Of a stretch of DNA of 54,710 bases, positions 35,398-45,934 are shown piece by piece. The notes beneath the pieces are model-generated. The model was not told the DNA's origin. It saw nothing but the letters and a program-made list of their open reading frames with translations, and ran no database searches. Origin of the DNA: Candidatus Omnitrophota bacterium (GTDB lineage: Bacteria > Omnitrophota > Gorgyraeia > Gygaellales > Profunditerraquicolaceae); NCBI GenBank assembly GCA_040754255.1, contig JBFMDA010000003.1, positions 1 through 54,710 on the forward strand. The letters are read 5' to 3'. Position 1 is the first letter of the stretch. The number at the start of each line of letters is the position of its first letter. The position numbers and the translations under genes are program-made.

Positions 35398-36219
35398 TTA
35401 TGTGCGTGCGCTCCCTAAGGGTAGGCCTTCTTCTTTCGCCGTGAACACTCTGCGGCATTCCGTTAATGCCGCCTGTGCTGCCTTTTTCCCCGAAAAGAGC
35501 ATTGCAGAAAATGTAGGGCCCATACGCGGCAGCCCGTATGCAGAAGAAACTGCCATTCCGCAGACAATAAGTCCGGGGTATATACAGCCCGTCTTTTCAA
35601 CGACCGCCTCTTCCGACACATTCACGTCCATCGGCCCACAGCCCGGCAGTTCCAGCAGCTTCCTCTTATGTAACGCAAGGCATACCTGTGCATCATGCCC
35701 GGTTGCATCAATTACTATCTTTGATTCCAGCGTAATCGGGTCAACGCAGGTAATCTGCCGGGGTAGGCTTGAAACAGCGGTCCAGTTAATTACCGCACCT
35801 TCCACCCTGCCTTTGCGCAGCAGCACATCATCGAACTTAGTCATATTAAGCACTTTTGCGCCTGCATCGCAGGCAGCGCTGATTAATTTCGCACAGGCAC
35901 AAGGGCCGTCAGCGACAAACAAACCCTCATCCTTTTCTTTATACGGTATGCCTAATTCTTCCAGTATTTCCTGGCCGGGCGAGCGGAAGGTGAGCGTATT
36001 CATAAGATAACCGCCGATCCAAAAACCTCCTCCAAGGTAGTTATTCCCTTCGAGGATGAGCGTTTTTAACCCGGCATGCGATAATTCTCGTGCTGCCATC
36101 AGGCCGCTTGGCCCTGCGCCTACGATAATCACATCGCAGACTAGGTACTCTTTAAGCCATTGTGAAAATTCATCCACAATAGCCCTACTGATAGATGCTT
36201 CGCTTACCCGCGCAAACAT
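35398..36219 (-). CDS. thi4: Thiazole synthase Thi4
   Basis: DVIIVGAGPSGL, GGGFWIGG, CVDP, DATGHDA, PRMGPTFSAM; start set at MFARVSE; TPP riboswitch upstream. Confidence 0.95.
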   Translation of the reverse strand: MFARVSEASISRAIVDEFSQWLKEYLVCDVIIVGAGPSGLMAARELSHAGLKTLILEGNNYLGGGFWIGGYLMNTLTFRSPGQEILEELGIPYKEKDEGLFVADGPCACAKLISAACDAGAKVLNMTKFDDVLLRKGRVEGAVINWTAVSSLPRQITCVDPITLESKIVIDATGHDAQVCLALHKRKLLELPGCGPMDVNVSEEAVVEKTGCIYPGLIVCGMAVSSAYGLPRMGPTFSAMLFSGKKAAQAALTECRRVFTAKEEGLPLGSART

Positions 36220-36244
36220 TGTTTGCCTCCTTTCGTTGTGTAAC

Positions 36245-36273
36245 AAAAAACCCCTATGGCCACCATAGGGGTT
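36245..36273 (-). terminator. Riboswitch expression-platform terminator
   Basis: Minus strand AACCCCTATGG-TGG-CCATAGGGGTTTTTT between the aptamer and the thi4 RBS. Confidence 0.85.
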
Positions 36274-36288
36274 AGAAAAGGGAGATTA

Positions 36289-36456
36289 TTCCTACGCTGG
36301 TATTATCCAGTCCTCCTGCTGGCGCTGGTGCGCTTCGGAGGATCCACCGTAACCCATCGTCTTTCTTACTTTAAATTCAAGGGGTGAAGGTGGAATCAGG
36401 TTCTCGGGTCATCCGTTTCCCACGGAACTCTCAGGCCGGCTTACGACCTCCCCGTT
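36289..36456 (-). ncRNA. TPP riboswitch with an internal 84-nt insertion
   Basis: Minus strand GGGG...CTGAGA...ACCC..GAACCTGAT-[insert]-CTGGATAATACCAGCGTAGGAA, upstream of thi4. Confidence 0.88.
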
Positions 36457-36499
36457 TTTTATTATTATACACCTACATATATGAAAACGTCAATCCCTC

Positions 36500-37450
36500 T
36501 TACAATGACTTTTTAGCCAAAGACAATAACTTGCTGATTGCCTTCTTGGAATTCGGGATAGAGCAGCCGGCAACATCAAAATGCCCTCCCCCGCCGAACG
36601 TTTCGGCAATAGAAGCCACATTGAGGTTATCTTTTGACCGCAAGCTCACCCGCAGCAGCTTTTTGTTCTTTTCCCTGAACAGCACTGCAATCTTTACTCC
36701 TTTAATGGAGCGTATCTCATCGGCAGCAGCGTCGACATCTTCGTCTTTGCCTCCTACCTTGCGGAAATCCCTTCTTTTGACAATCGACCAGGCAAGCCTG
36801 CCTCGTTTTAAGAATACGCAGCGCGAAAGGCAGATGCCGGTCAAGATCGCCGATTCATTAGACTTCGACCAATATACCATATCGACTAGTTTATAAAAAT
36901 CTACGCCTCTTTGCATAAGGTCCGCGCACATCCTAAACGTAAACGCCCGAACGTTGGGCAGGCGGAAAGAATTTGTTTCTACGACTAACGAGGTCAAAAG
37001 ATTCTGCCCTATCCGAGCGTCGATTCCAATGCGCAATTTTTTTAGCAATAGGTAAATCAGTTCGCCTACTGCCGCTGCCTTGTGGTCGAGTATCTGGATA
37101 GTGCCGAACGGCCTGCGGAATTCATGGTGGTCGATTTCAAGTACATCCCTGGATTTACGGAACATCGCATAGGTATCGCCAAGGATCTCTTTGTTGCTGC
37201 AATCTACGGTAATCGCCAGGTCAACCGGAAAAGGCACTTTTTTTCGTATGCGCGTTGCGCCCGGCAAATTCCTGTAAGGCCTCGGTACGCCGTCGGCGCT
37301 GACCATATATACCTTCTTGCCTAATTTCTTAAGTGCCAGCCCCAAAGCCAACAGCGAGCCGATTGAATCTCCGTCGGGGTTAATATGCCCGGAAATCGCT
37401 ATTGAGCGGGCTTCGCTTACCTTTTTCTTTGCCTTCTCAAATTCCATCAT
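36500..37450 (-). CDS. DHH family phosphoesterase (NrnA-like oligoribonuclease/pAp phosphatase)
   Basis: HINPDGDSIGS, VDC, IDHH, VSLRS, GGGGH. Confidence 0.93.
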   Translation of the reverse strand: MMEFEKAKKKVSEARSIAISGHINPDGDSIGSLLALGLALKKLGKKVYMVSADGVPRPYRNLPGATRIRKKVPFPVDLAITVDCSNKEILGDTYAMFRKSRDVLEIDHHEFRRPFGTIQILDHKAAAVGELIYLLLKKLRIGIDARIGQNLLTSLVVETNSFRLPNVRAFTFRMCADLMQRGVDFYKLVDMVYWSKSNESAILTGICLSRCVFLKRGRLAWSIVKRRDFRKVGGKDEDVDAAADEIRSIKGVKIAVLFREKNKKLLRVSLRSKDNLNVASIAETFGGGGHFDVAGCSIPNSKKAISKLLSLAKKSL

Positions 37451-39907
37451 CTAAATCCTCTTGCGGTAGCTTTTCATCATCAGCGAATTTGACACTACCG
37501 ACACCGAGCTAAACGCCATGGCAATACCCGCAACCATAGGATTAAGCAGGAAGCCGGTAACAGGGTAGAGGATCCCCGCGGCAACAGGTATACCGATTAA
37601 ATTGTAGAAAAATGCCCAAAATAGGTTCTGTTTTATTTTCCGCAAGGCATAGCGTGAAATATCAAGCGCTACCACCACATCCCGCAGGTCATTTTTGATT
37701 AAAATAATATCCCCCGCCTCAATAGCAATATCGGTGCCTGTGCCGATGGCAATGCCGACGTCTGCCTGCGCTAATGCCGGAGCATCATTTATCCCATCCC
37801 CCACCATCCCGGTCTTTATGCCTTTGGCCTGCAGCTTCCTTATTTCTTCCGCCTTATGCTGGGGCAGCACCTGTGCCAATACCTTTTCTATTCCTGCCTG
37901 GCGGGCAATGGCTAAAGCGGTAGTATGGTTGTCTCCCGTAATCATTATGATTTCTTTGCCCATCCTCTGCAGGGCGGCAATTGCCTGCCTGGAATGGTCT
38001 TTAATCGTATCGGCTATTGCCAATACACCGGCCAATTTTTTCCCATAGGCAAGCAGTATCGCAGTTTTGCCCTGGTTCTCAAATTGTGCGAGGGCGCTCT
38101 TGGCCTTAGAGATGTCAATCGCGTTCTCTTCCATGAGGGCGCGGTTGCCCAATAGGACGGATTCGCCTTCTACCTGCGCGCTCAATCCCTTACCCGGGAT
38201 AGCTTGAAAATGTTCGGCTGTGTTAAGCCTGATATTATTAGCCCGCGCGTTGTTGACAATTGCCTCGGCAAGGGCATGTTCGGAATTCTTCTCTGCGGAA
38301 GCAGCAAGCATGAGCACATCGTACTCGTCCTTATCGTAGGGGACCACGTCGGTCAATTCAGGGATCCCTTTTGTCAGCGTCCCTGTCTTATCAAAGACTA
38401 ACGCATGCAGGCGGTGGGTCGACTGTAGTGCATTTGCATTTTTTATCAATATGCCGTGCTGGGCGGCGATTCCCGTAGCTACCATAATAGCGGTCGGGGT
38501 AGCCAGGCCAAGCGCGCAGGGGCAGGCAATGATCAAGACAGAGATAAAAACGGTGAGTGAAAAAATAAAACTTTCCCCTGCCAAGAGCCATATCAGGAAC
38601 GAAAACCCGGCAATTAAAACCACGGCGGGAACAAAATACGCCGAAACGATATCCGCCAGTTCCTGTATAGGGGCTTTCGAGCCTTGCGCCTCTTCAATGA
38701 GCCGGATGATCTGGGCCAGCGCGGTATCTTTACCGACTTTGGTTGCCTTAAACCTGAAAGACCCCGTTTTATTGATAGTGCCCCCTACTACCGATGAGCC
38801 TTTCGTTTTCTCCACAGGCAAGCTCTCGCCTGTCACCATCGATTCATCAACACTGGAATACCCGTCAAGCACCATGCCATCAACAGGAATCCTCTGCCCC
38901 GGCTTTACCACGATTACGTCTCCTACCGCGACATCCTCTATAGCTACTTCTTTCTCCACTCCTTCCCTGTATACGACTGCTGTCTTGGGCCGTAAGCCCA
39001 TCAGTTTTCTTATGGCCTCGGAAGTTTTGCCTTTGGCGATAGCTTCCAGCAATTTACCAAGCAGAATAAAGGTAATAAGAAACCCGGCAGTTTCGTAATA
39101 TAAGTTATGCGCGCCCAATCCTCCTATTCCCGACCATATCGCGATTGAAACATATAGGCTGTAAAGATACGCAGCCCCTACTCCCAGCGTCACAAGCGTA
39201 TCCATAGTAGCGGTCCTTGCCTTGAGCACCGCAATAATACCTTTCTGAAAAAATTGATACCCCAAAATCATAATAGGCGTCGCAAGCGCTAATTGGACTA
39301 AGGCAAGATAAGGGGCGGCTATTGCAGGCACAGGGAATCCAAGCTGCGGCGCCATGGCAAGGTACATAAGCGGCAGCGAAAACAAAAGAGAGAGGATAAA
39401 CCTCACCCTGTAACCGGTTATTTCCCTTGCGCGCGCTCTTTTTTCAAGGTCTATCGAATCACGCTCGTCAACCGCCACGTATCCTGCCTGTTTTATCGCA
39501 GCCACGATCCCTTCTGCAGCAATAACGGAACTGTCGTATTGGATTTTTGCTTTTTGAGTTATGGAAAGCTCAAGCTTCCGTATCCCCTTAAGCCTCTTTA
39601 ACGCGCTATTCACCGTACTGAGGCAATGGGGGTTGTCCATGCCGATAACCTTAAGATACAAAACTTCCTTTTTCCCCGCCGCAGGAATTTCATTCGGCTT
39701 CAGCGTCTTATAGCCTGCATCCCTGATCGCCTGATGCAATTGTGCCAGGCTGATGTTCGCATCGTCATATTCGACAAAAGCCTTTTCGTTGTTAAAATTT
39801 ACGCTTACGCCTTTGACGCCATCAAGGCGCATTAATTTCTTCTCGATGGTAGCCACGCAGCTTGCGCAGTGCATACCTATAACCGGAATTATCGCCTTTG
39901 TATTCAT
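37451..39907 (-). CDS. copA: Copper-translocating P1B-type ATPase
   Basis: GMHCASC metal-binding domain, [25 protein letters not shown], and YN and MAFSS Cu(I) signatures. Confidence 0.95.
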   Translation of the reverse strand: MNTKAIIPVIGMHCASCVATIEKKLMRLDGVKGVSVNFNNEKAFVEYDDANISLAQLHQAIRDAGYKTLKPNEIPAAGKKEVLYLKVIGMDNPHCLSTVNSALKRLKGIRKLELSITQKAKIQYDSSVIAAEGIVAAIKQAGYVAVDERDSIDLEKRARAREITGYRVRFILSLLFSLPLMYLAMAPQLGFPVPAIAAPYLALVQLALATPIMILGYQFFQKGIIAVLKARTATMDTLVTLGVGAAYLYSLYVSIAIWSGIGGLGAHNLYYETAGFLITFILLGKLLEAIAKGKTSEAIRKLMGLRPKTAVVYREGVEKEVAIEDVAVGDVIVVKPGQRIPVDGMVLDGYSSVDESMVTGESLPVEKTKGSSVVGGTINKTGSFRFKATKVGKDTALAQIIRLIEEAQGSKAPIQELADIVSAYFVPAVVLIAGFSFLIWLLAGESFIFSLTVFISVLIIACPCALGLATPTAIMVATGIAAQHGILIKNANALQSTHRLHALVFDKTGTLTKGIPELTDVVPYDKDEYDVLMLAASAEKNSEHALAEAIVNNARANNIRLNTAEHFQAIPGKGLSAQVEGESVLLGNRALMEENAIDISKAKSALAQFENQGKTAILLAYGKKLAGVLAIADTIKDHSRQAIAALQRMGKEIIMITGDNHTTALAIARQAGIEKVLAQVLPQHKAEEIRKLQAKGIKTGMVGDGINDAPALAQADVGIAIGTGTDIAIEAGDIILIKNDLRDVVVALDISRYALRKIKQNLFWAFFYNLIGIPVAAGILYPVTGFLLNPMVAGIAMAFSSVSVVSNSLMMKSYRKRI

Positions 39908-39911
39908 GCCC

Positions 39912-41180
39912 CTAGCCCTTCCATACCACCCATACAAACAAATATGCCGCACTGACAGCGGCAAGCGTAAACGGCAGGCCGATCTTGGCGAAATCGCCGA
40001 ATTTTACATTGTAGCCTTCTTTTTTAAGTAAACCACAGGCGACAATATTAGCCGAAGCGCCGATTGGGGTAATATTACCCCCGAGGCTTGCGCCGATAAG
40101 CAGCCCGAAAAGGAATAATGAAGGGTTGATCCCCAGTTTCATGGACATAGAAAGTGCAACCGGCAGCATAGCCGCCAAGAACGGGACGTTATCGATAAAC
40201 GCAGAAAGGATAACGGAAATAAAAACAATAAGCGTGTAGCCAAGAAAGATGTTGCCTCCGATTATCGCGGAGAGGAAGGTTGAGATCGAATCGATCCAGC
40301 CTGACAGGGTAATACTGCCGACGAGTATGAATATCCCGACAAGAAAAAAAGTAGTCTCCCAGTCCAAGGACCTTATACCCTCCAAAAGCGGCGTCCTGCT
40401 TATATATTTTTTCCAGAAAAGCGAAATAATTCCGAATATCATGCAAAGCATTCCTGCCAAAGAAGAAAAACCCGTATCCAGAAACGATGAAAACGCAAGC
40501 AGCAATATGAGGCTTACCAGAATAATTGTTGGCGTCCAAGACTTCACTTTTTCGACGGGGATAAGCCTGATTTTCTCCTTATGCTTTCTGAATACATACA
40601 ACAGGACTATGAATGAAACGAGTGCACCCAGCTCTACTGCAAAAAAAATGCTTGGCCTGCCCTGATAAAAAAAGAAGTCCGTAAAATTCATTTTGGCGAA
40701 GCCGCCTAAAAGCATGCTTGGAGGATCTCCGATAAGGGTAGCGGTCCCCTGCAGATTACTAGATACGGCAATAGCGATCATCATATTAACAGGGCTTATC
40801 TTTAACTTTTTTGCGAGCGAAAGCGCAATAGGGGCAACGATTAATACCGTGGCCACGTTTTCCACGAACGCAGATACAAAACCTGCGAGTGCACAAATGG
40901 CAAGGATCGCCCACGCAGTATTCTTTGCGCGGTCTACCACAACCTCCGCAATATAGGCAGGTACTCGGCTCTCCATAAATATGTCTGCAACCACCAGCGT
41001 CCCTACAAAGATACCCATTACATTCCAATTTATGGCAAAGAATGCCTCGTGCAAAGAAATAGTTTTGCTTAGCAAAAGTAACCCGGCCGCCCCTAAGGCA
41101 ATCAAGGTCCTTTTTTTAGGAAAGAAAACAAAGCATATATAAGAGGATAGGAAAATAGAGAGGGAAAATATCTTTTCCAT
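39912..41180 (-). CDS. ArsB/NhaD/SLC13-type ion transporter permease
   Basis: [36 protein letters not shown] repeated motifs. Confidence 0.88.
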   Translation of the reverse strand: MEKIFSLSIFLSSYICFVFFPKKRTLIALGAAGLLLLSKTISLHEAFFAINWNVMGIFVGTLVVADIFMESRVPAYIAEVVVDRAKNTAWAILAICALAGFVSAFVENVATVLIVAPIALSLAKKLKISPVNMMIAIAVSSNLQGTATLIGDPPSMLLGGFAKMNFTDFFFYQGRPSIFFAVELGALVSFIVLLYVFRKHKEKIRLIPVEKVKSWTPTIILVSLILLLAFSSFLDTGFSSLAGMLCMIFGIISLFWKKYISRTPLLEGIRSLDWETTFFLVGIFILVGSITLSGWIDSISTFLSAIIGGNIFLGYTLIVFISVILSAFIDNVPFLAAMLPVALSMSMKLGINPSLFLFGLLIGASLGGNITPIGASANIVACGLLKKEGYNVKFGDFAKIGLPFTLAAVSAAYLFVWVVWKG

Positions 41181-41323
41181 GGAAATCAGTATACTGTCAA
41201 TTGAGTATCCTGGCAAGCGTTCTTTAACCGTAAGGCTTCAGCGTGCTGCTCGCTTGGAGCGGAGTATAATAATTCCGCTAAAATGAGGAGAAAAGCTGTA
41301 TTGCGCGATACGCACTTCTTCTA

Positions 41324-42034
41324 TCAGTCATGCACATCCGCTTCTATTCTTAAAGCGACCTCGGAATAGAGAGGGTCGTTACTGGCAATAAAAATATCTC
41401 TGACTTGCCTGCCTTTTGTCATTGAGGGATGGGCCACGTCCAATAAAACCTCCAATACGCCGGATTTGCCGGGCGTAATTACTGCCTGCCATCCAGAAGC
41501 TGCTCCTGCAATACCAAAATAAGGGCTCTTGTCCTTCCCTACCCTTAAAGAGGCGCCAACGCAGCTGCAAGAAACCCTTATATTGGTAATCACCAAATCT
41601 GAATTCCCCTTATTATACACTTTAAAACTCTTGCGGATTTCGCCTTGTTTCTTGCGCACCTTGCCGAAGTTAAAAGAAGCGGCTTCCAGCACGAGTTGCG
41701 GCCGTTTCTTGCCCGCCTCCTGGGCCATCCTGCTCTTGACCAATGCCTTTACCTTTTCGTCCCTTATCGTTGCGAGAGAAAATTTCTTTGCGACTTTATA
41801 GAAAATATCCTCGTGCCTGACCCCTGTTTCGATAAGCGCATCAACAAGAATCTTTATCTCTTTGGCTTCGGGACAATTACAAGTATTGAAAGAAACATCA
41901 CAGGTGCAACATTGCAGCTTAGAATAGATTGCCTCTTCGGCGGATTGTACCTCTTTCCCAGTTATGGCTTGAGAAAAGAATGCAAAACAAAGAAAAGATA
42001 GGAAGATTGTCTTGGGCTTAAGAAGATTCGGCAT
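41324..42034 (-). CDS. Exported Cys-rich protein with C-terminal DUF1573-like Ig domain
   Basis: Signal peptide, LQCCTC..TCNC cluster, then FNFGKV..F.VYNKGNSDLVI..SCSC...SNDP. Confidence 0.7.
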   Translation of the reverse strand: MPNLLKPKTIFLSFLCFAFFSQAITGKEVQSAEEAIYSKLQCCTCDVSFNTCNCPEAKEIKILVDALIETGVRHEDIFYKVAKKFSLATIRDEKVKALVKSRMAQEAGKKRPQLVLEAASFNFGKVRKKQGEIRKSFKVYNKGNSDLVITNIRVSCSCVGASLRVGKDKSPYFGIAGAASGWQAVITPGKSGVLEVLLDVAHPSMTKGRQVRDIFIASNDPLYSEVALRIEADVHD

Positions 42035-42219
42035 GCAACTCACCTTTCTGTATACTCTTTTTTCTGTAGCGGTGCAATTAATGGCAGGCCCGGCGAGGCG
42101 ACCTTGAATGGCCGCCTGCACCTTTCTGGCTTGTCGCACAACCGGAAATCACCATCGCTATAAGCAGAAATACCAACAATAGCGCTTTTTTCATCTTGAC
42201 CCCATGCACCAATTCAGTA

Positions 42220-42660
42220 TTACATATGGCTATGCTCGTGTTCCTGGGGCAATTGTTCTTTTTCGCCCTCTGCTGCCTTTTCCTGCTTTTCTTGTGCTAT
42301 TTTCTGGATATACTTTTGAGGGTCTTTTTTAAATTCCTCGATGCAGGAAGTACAGCAGAAATTATAGATTTTCCCGTCATATTCGTACGTTGCTTTCGTC
42401 TTTTCGTCAATCTTCTCCCCAGAGACCGGACATACTGTATTACCGACCTCCTCTGCGACAACTGTCTTGGAAGCAGCGGTTTTGGTGTCGGCTTCCTGTG
42501 TCTGCATGTCTTCGCTTGGCTGGCCAGCCTGCGCGTACTCACCATGCACTGAATGCTCGGCACACATCATCGCAAAAGATATATTAGTCATTCCAAGAAT
42601 TAATATTACTCCGACCAAAAATATAGATAGTCTTTTTACCATTTTTCTCGCTCCTTTCAT
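42220..42660 (-). CDS. Exported YHS-domain metal-binding protein
   Basis: CPVSGE...YEYDGKIYNFCCTSC...FKKDPQKY; His/Met-rich termini. Confidence 0.88.
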   Translation of the reverse strand: MKGARKMVKRLSIFLVGVILILGMTNISFAMMCAEHSVHGEYAQAGQPSEDMQTQEADTKTAASKTVVAEEVGNTVCPVSGEKIDEKTKATYEYDGKIYNFCCTSCIEEFKKDPQKYIQKIAQEKQEKAAEGEKEQLPQEHEHSHM

Positions 42661-45600
42661 ACTTTTTGCCTTAACAGCCGCTTTTCTTCTCTCCAGGAAT
42701 AAAGCACTGGTACCACAAACCAGGTAATCATCTCAATCATCATTCCGCCGATAGACGGAATCGCCATCGGCTGCATTACTTCCGCACCCGTCCCTTTTAA
42801 AAACAGTATTGGCAACAACGCCACAATGGTAGTTACGGTAGTGAGAAATGCCGGGCGGATACGCCCTAAACCCGCATAGAGCGTAGCTTCAGCTATATCC
42901 TGTTTTGTCTTTATCTTATTCCGGCGCTCTCTGAATACATCATCAAGATAAGTAGTCATGAGTACCCCGTCGTCAACTGCGATCCCGAATAAGGCGATAA
43001 AGCCTACCCAGACCGCAACAGAGAAGTTAAACCCGGAGAAGGCCAGAAGCCAAACTCCGCCTGCTAAGGTTACCGGGACTGCGGTAAAGATAAAGACGGA
43101 CTTTATGATAGAGCGGAAATTCATATAGATGAGCATAAAATTAATCAGCAGGCTTATGGGCAACAATACGGCTATTGTCTTTTTTGCGCGCACCTGGTTT
43201 TCAAACTGGCCTGACCACTGTAGAAAATATCCCTGGGGAAGCGTGATCTTTTCTGCCACTACCTTAGATGCCTCCTCCACAAAGCCCACCATATCCCTGC
43301 CGCGCACATTCATCAGCACATAGGCACGCAAAAGTCCGTTCTCGGAGTTAATCATTGCGGGACCGGTAACAAAGTATATATCTACCAATTGCGCGATCGG
43401 AACTTGCGCGCCGCTTTTGACAGAGATAAGCACACGGCGGAGCGCATCGATATTATCGCGCAGTTCCCGGGCATAACGCACGCGTACAGGATAACGCTCT
43501 CTGCCCTCAACCGTAGTAGTTAAATTCTCGCCGCCTATTGCCATCTCAATTACATCCTGTACCTCCCGGACAGAGACGCCGTATTTGGCAAGTTGCTCCC
43601 TCTTTATCTTAAATTCAATGTAGGGCTTACCTACGATTTTCTCGGAATACAGGTCTATTGCCCCCGGAATTGTTTCCACTACTTTCTCTACTTCCGTAGC
43701 AATTTCTTCTATCTTTTGCAAATCCGGGCCAAAGACCTTTACACCCACAGAGGTCCGGATTCCGGTTGCCAGCATATCAATGCGGTTAACTATGGGCTGG
43801 GTCCAGATATTCGATACCCCTGGTATTTGCAACGCAGCATCCATTTCGCGGATAAGCTTGTCTTTGGTTATGCCTTTACGCCACTGATTTTTTGGCTTTA
43901 GGGTAATAATGGTCTCGAACATCTCTACCGGCGCAGGATCGGTTGCTGACTCTGCCCTGCCAACCTTGCCTACCACCATATCTACTTCGGGAAAAGACTT
44001 GATAATCTTGTCCTGAATCTGGATAACGCGAATTGCCTCAGTCAGAGATACCGAAGGCCGCATTACCGGCATAAACAGGATTGAGCCTTCATCAAATGGC
44101 GGGAAAAATTCGCGGCCGATGCGCGGGGCGAACCAAAACCAACCCACGCTGAATGCAGTAATTATTGCCAAGGCTATAAATGACTTTACCTTCCTAGGAA
44201 GGAGAAATAACAGAACACCGATCACAATCACTAAAAAAATGACAATAGACATGGTATCTTTGGGAAACATAAACGCTAAACTCGTAATCAGTATTGTCGC
44301 CGGGATAAGCAAAAAACCTACCCGATGATTCAAACACCAGCGTAAAATCTTCTCATAATAATGTTGCAGTCTCTTTACCAAAAAATTTTCCTCTGGTGGG
44401 CGCAGCCTGCCTTTCAAGAAATAAAGGGCAAGGACAGGGGTAAGGGTCAACGCTACCACTACCGAGGCAAGCAGGGTAAAGGTTTTGGTATATGCCAAGG
44501 GCCTAAAGAGCTTTCCTTCTTGCGCCTCTAACGCAAATACCGCCAGGAAAGAAACCACAGTAGTTAAGATAGCGGTTATTACGGCCGATCCAACCTCACT
44601 GGCAGCGCCGAATACTACATCTAGGCGTGTCTTTAATCCTTTCTTTATAGCTTCGGCATGAATGATAAGATGCCGGTACGCATTTTCAGTCATCACAATA
44701 CCCATGTCTACCAGGGTTCCGATAGCAATCGCAATACCGGATAAAGACATAATATTAGCATCGACCTTTAGGTAATACATTGCAATGTAAGCCAGTAATA
44801 CTGAGAATGGCAGGGATATACAGATCATTATCCCTGCCCAGATATGCGCCAGAAACGGCACCACCACTGCCATGGTAATAATGAGCTCTAATATCAGGGC
44901 TTCGCGCAGGGTCCCAATGGTTCGATGGATGAGTTCAGTGCGGTCGTAGAAAGGAACTATTCTTACCCCCGTTGGCAGGCCTTTTTCTATTTCTTTGATG
45001 GCTTCTTTGACGCGATGGATTACCTGCATGGCATTTTCCCCATAACGCATCACTACCACGCCACCCACTGCTTCCTGGCCTTCTTTATCCAGCGCGCCGC
45101 GCCTGAACTCCGGACCTAACTGCACCGAGGCAATACTCTTTACGGTTATCGGCACGCCGTTATACTCATCCAGCACGATATTTTCAATATCTTCCACAGA
45201 TTTAATAAAGCCTAAGCCCCGGATGATATACTCCATCGCGTTGTTCTCTACAACCTTAGCACCCACATCAATATTGGACTTTTTAACTGCCTCCATTACC
45301 TCGCCTAAATGTACGTTGTAGGCAAGCATCTTATTGGGATCAATGTCAATCTGATACTGCTTGACGAAACCGCCGATTGAGGCAACCTCCGAGACCCCTT
45401 CCACGGAATTTAGTTGATAACGGATAAACCAATCCTGCAGGCTTCTTAATGTATCCGGGCTGTAACCTTTTCCTTCAACCGTATACCAAAATACCTGCCC
45501 TAAACCGGTGGCATCGGGGCCTAATACCGGCACTACCCCGGTAGGCAGCCTGGCGGAGGCAAGGTTTAATTTCTCCAACACCCTTGCACGTGCCCAGTAA

Positions 45601-45908
45601 TAATCCACGCTGTCTTTAAAAATAAGGTACACTTCGGAGAAGCCGAACGCAGAAGAGGCGCGGATTGTCTTGACTCCAGGCACCCCGCGCAAAGAAACAG
45701 AAAGCGGATAGGTAACTTGGTCTTCCACGTCTTTTGCCGAACGGCCGGGCCAGTCCGTATAGACGATTACCTGTTTTTCTCCGATATCCGGTATGGCATC
45801 AACCGGGATATTGGTTATTGCCCACAAACCCCAGAAGAAGACTGCAATGTAAATAACAAATACCACAAAGGGAGTCCGTAAACAGTAATGAATTAGTTTA
45901 TTGATCAT
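42657..45908 (-). CDS. cusA: CusA/CzcA family heavy-metal RND efflux permease
   Basis: VDAIPDI, EDQVTYPL, NIMSLSGIAIAIG, TDPAPVEMFET, Met-rich; 1083 aa. Confidence 0.93.
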   Translation of the reverse strand: MINKLIHYCLRTPFVVFVIYIAVFFWGLWAITNIPVDAIPDIGEKQVIVYTDWPGRSAKDVEDQVTYPLSVSLRGVPGVKTIRASSAFGFSEVYLIFKDSVDYYWARARVLEKLNLASARLPTGVVPVLGPDATGLGQVFWYTVEGKGYSPDTLRSLQDWFIRYQLNSVEGVSEVASIGGFVKQYQIDIDPNKMLAYNVHLGEVMEAVKKSNIDVGAKVVENNAMEYIIRGLGFIKSVEDIENIVLDEYNGVPITVKSIASVQLGPEFRRGALDKEGQEAVGGVVVMRYGENAMQVIHRVKEAIKEIEKGLPTGVRIVPFYDRTELIHRTIGTLREALILELIITMAVVVPFLAHIWAGIMICISLPFSVLLAYIAMYYLKVDANIMSLSGIAIAIGTLVDMGIVMTENAYRHLIIHAEAIKKGLKTRLDVVFGAASEVGSAVITAILTTVVSFLAVFALEAQEGKLFRPLAYTKTFTLLASVVVALTLTPVLALYFLKGRLRPPEENFLVKRLQHYYEKILRWCLNHRVGFLLIPATILITSLAFMFPKDTMSIVIFLVIVIGVLLFLLPRKVKSFIALAIITAFSVGWFWFAPRIGREFFPPFDEGSILFMPVMRPSVSLTEAIRVIQIQDKIIKSFPEVDMVVGKVGRAESATDPAPVEMFETIITLKPKNQWRKGITKDKLIREMDAALQIPGVSNIWTQPIVNRIDMLATGIRTSVGVKVFGPDLQKIEEIATEVEKVVETIPGAIDLYSEKIVGKPYIEFKIKREQLAKYGVSVREVQDVIEMAIGGENLTTTVEGRERYPVRVRYARELRDNIDALRRVLISVKSGAQVPIAQLVDIYFVTGPAMINSENGLLRAYVLMNVRGRDMVGFVEEASKVVAEKITLPQGYFLQWSGQFENQVRAKKTIAVLLPISLLINFMLIYMNFRSIIKSVFIFTAVPVTLAGGVWLLAFSGFNFSVAVWVGFIALFGIAVDDGVLMTTYLDDVFRERRNKIKTKQDIAEATLYAGLGRIRPAFLTTVTTIVALLPILFLKGTGAEVMQPMAIPSIGGMMIEMITWFVVPVLYSWREEKRLLRQKV

Positions 45909-45934
45909 GGTATTTTGCTTTTAATTTTGCTGCA

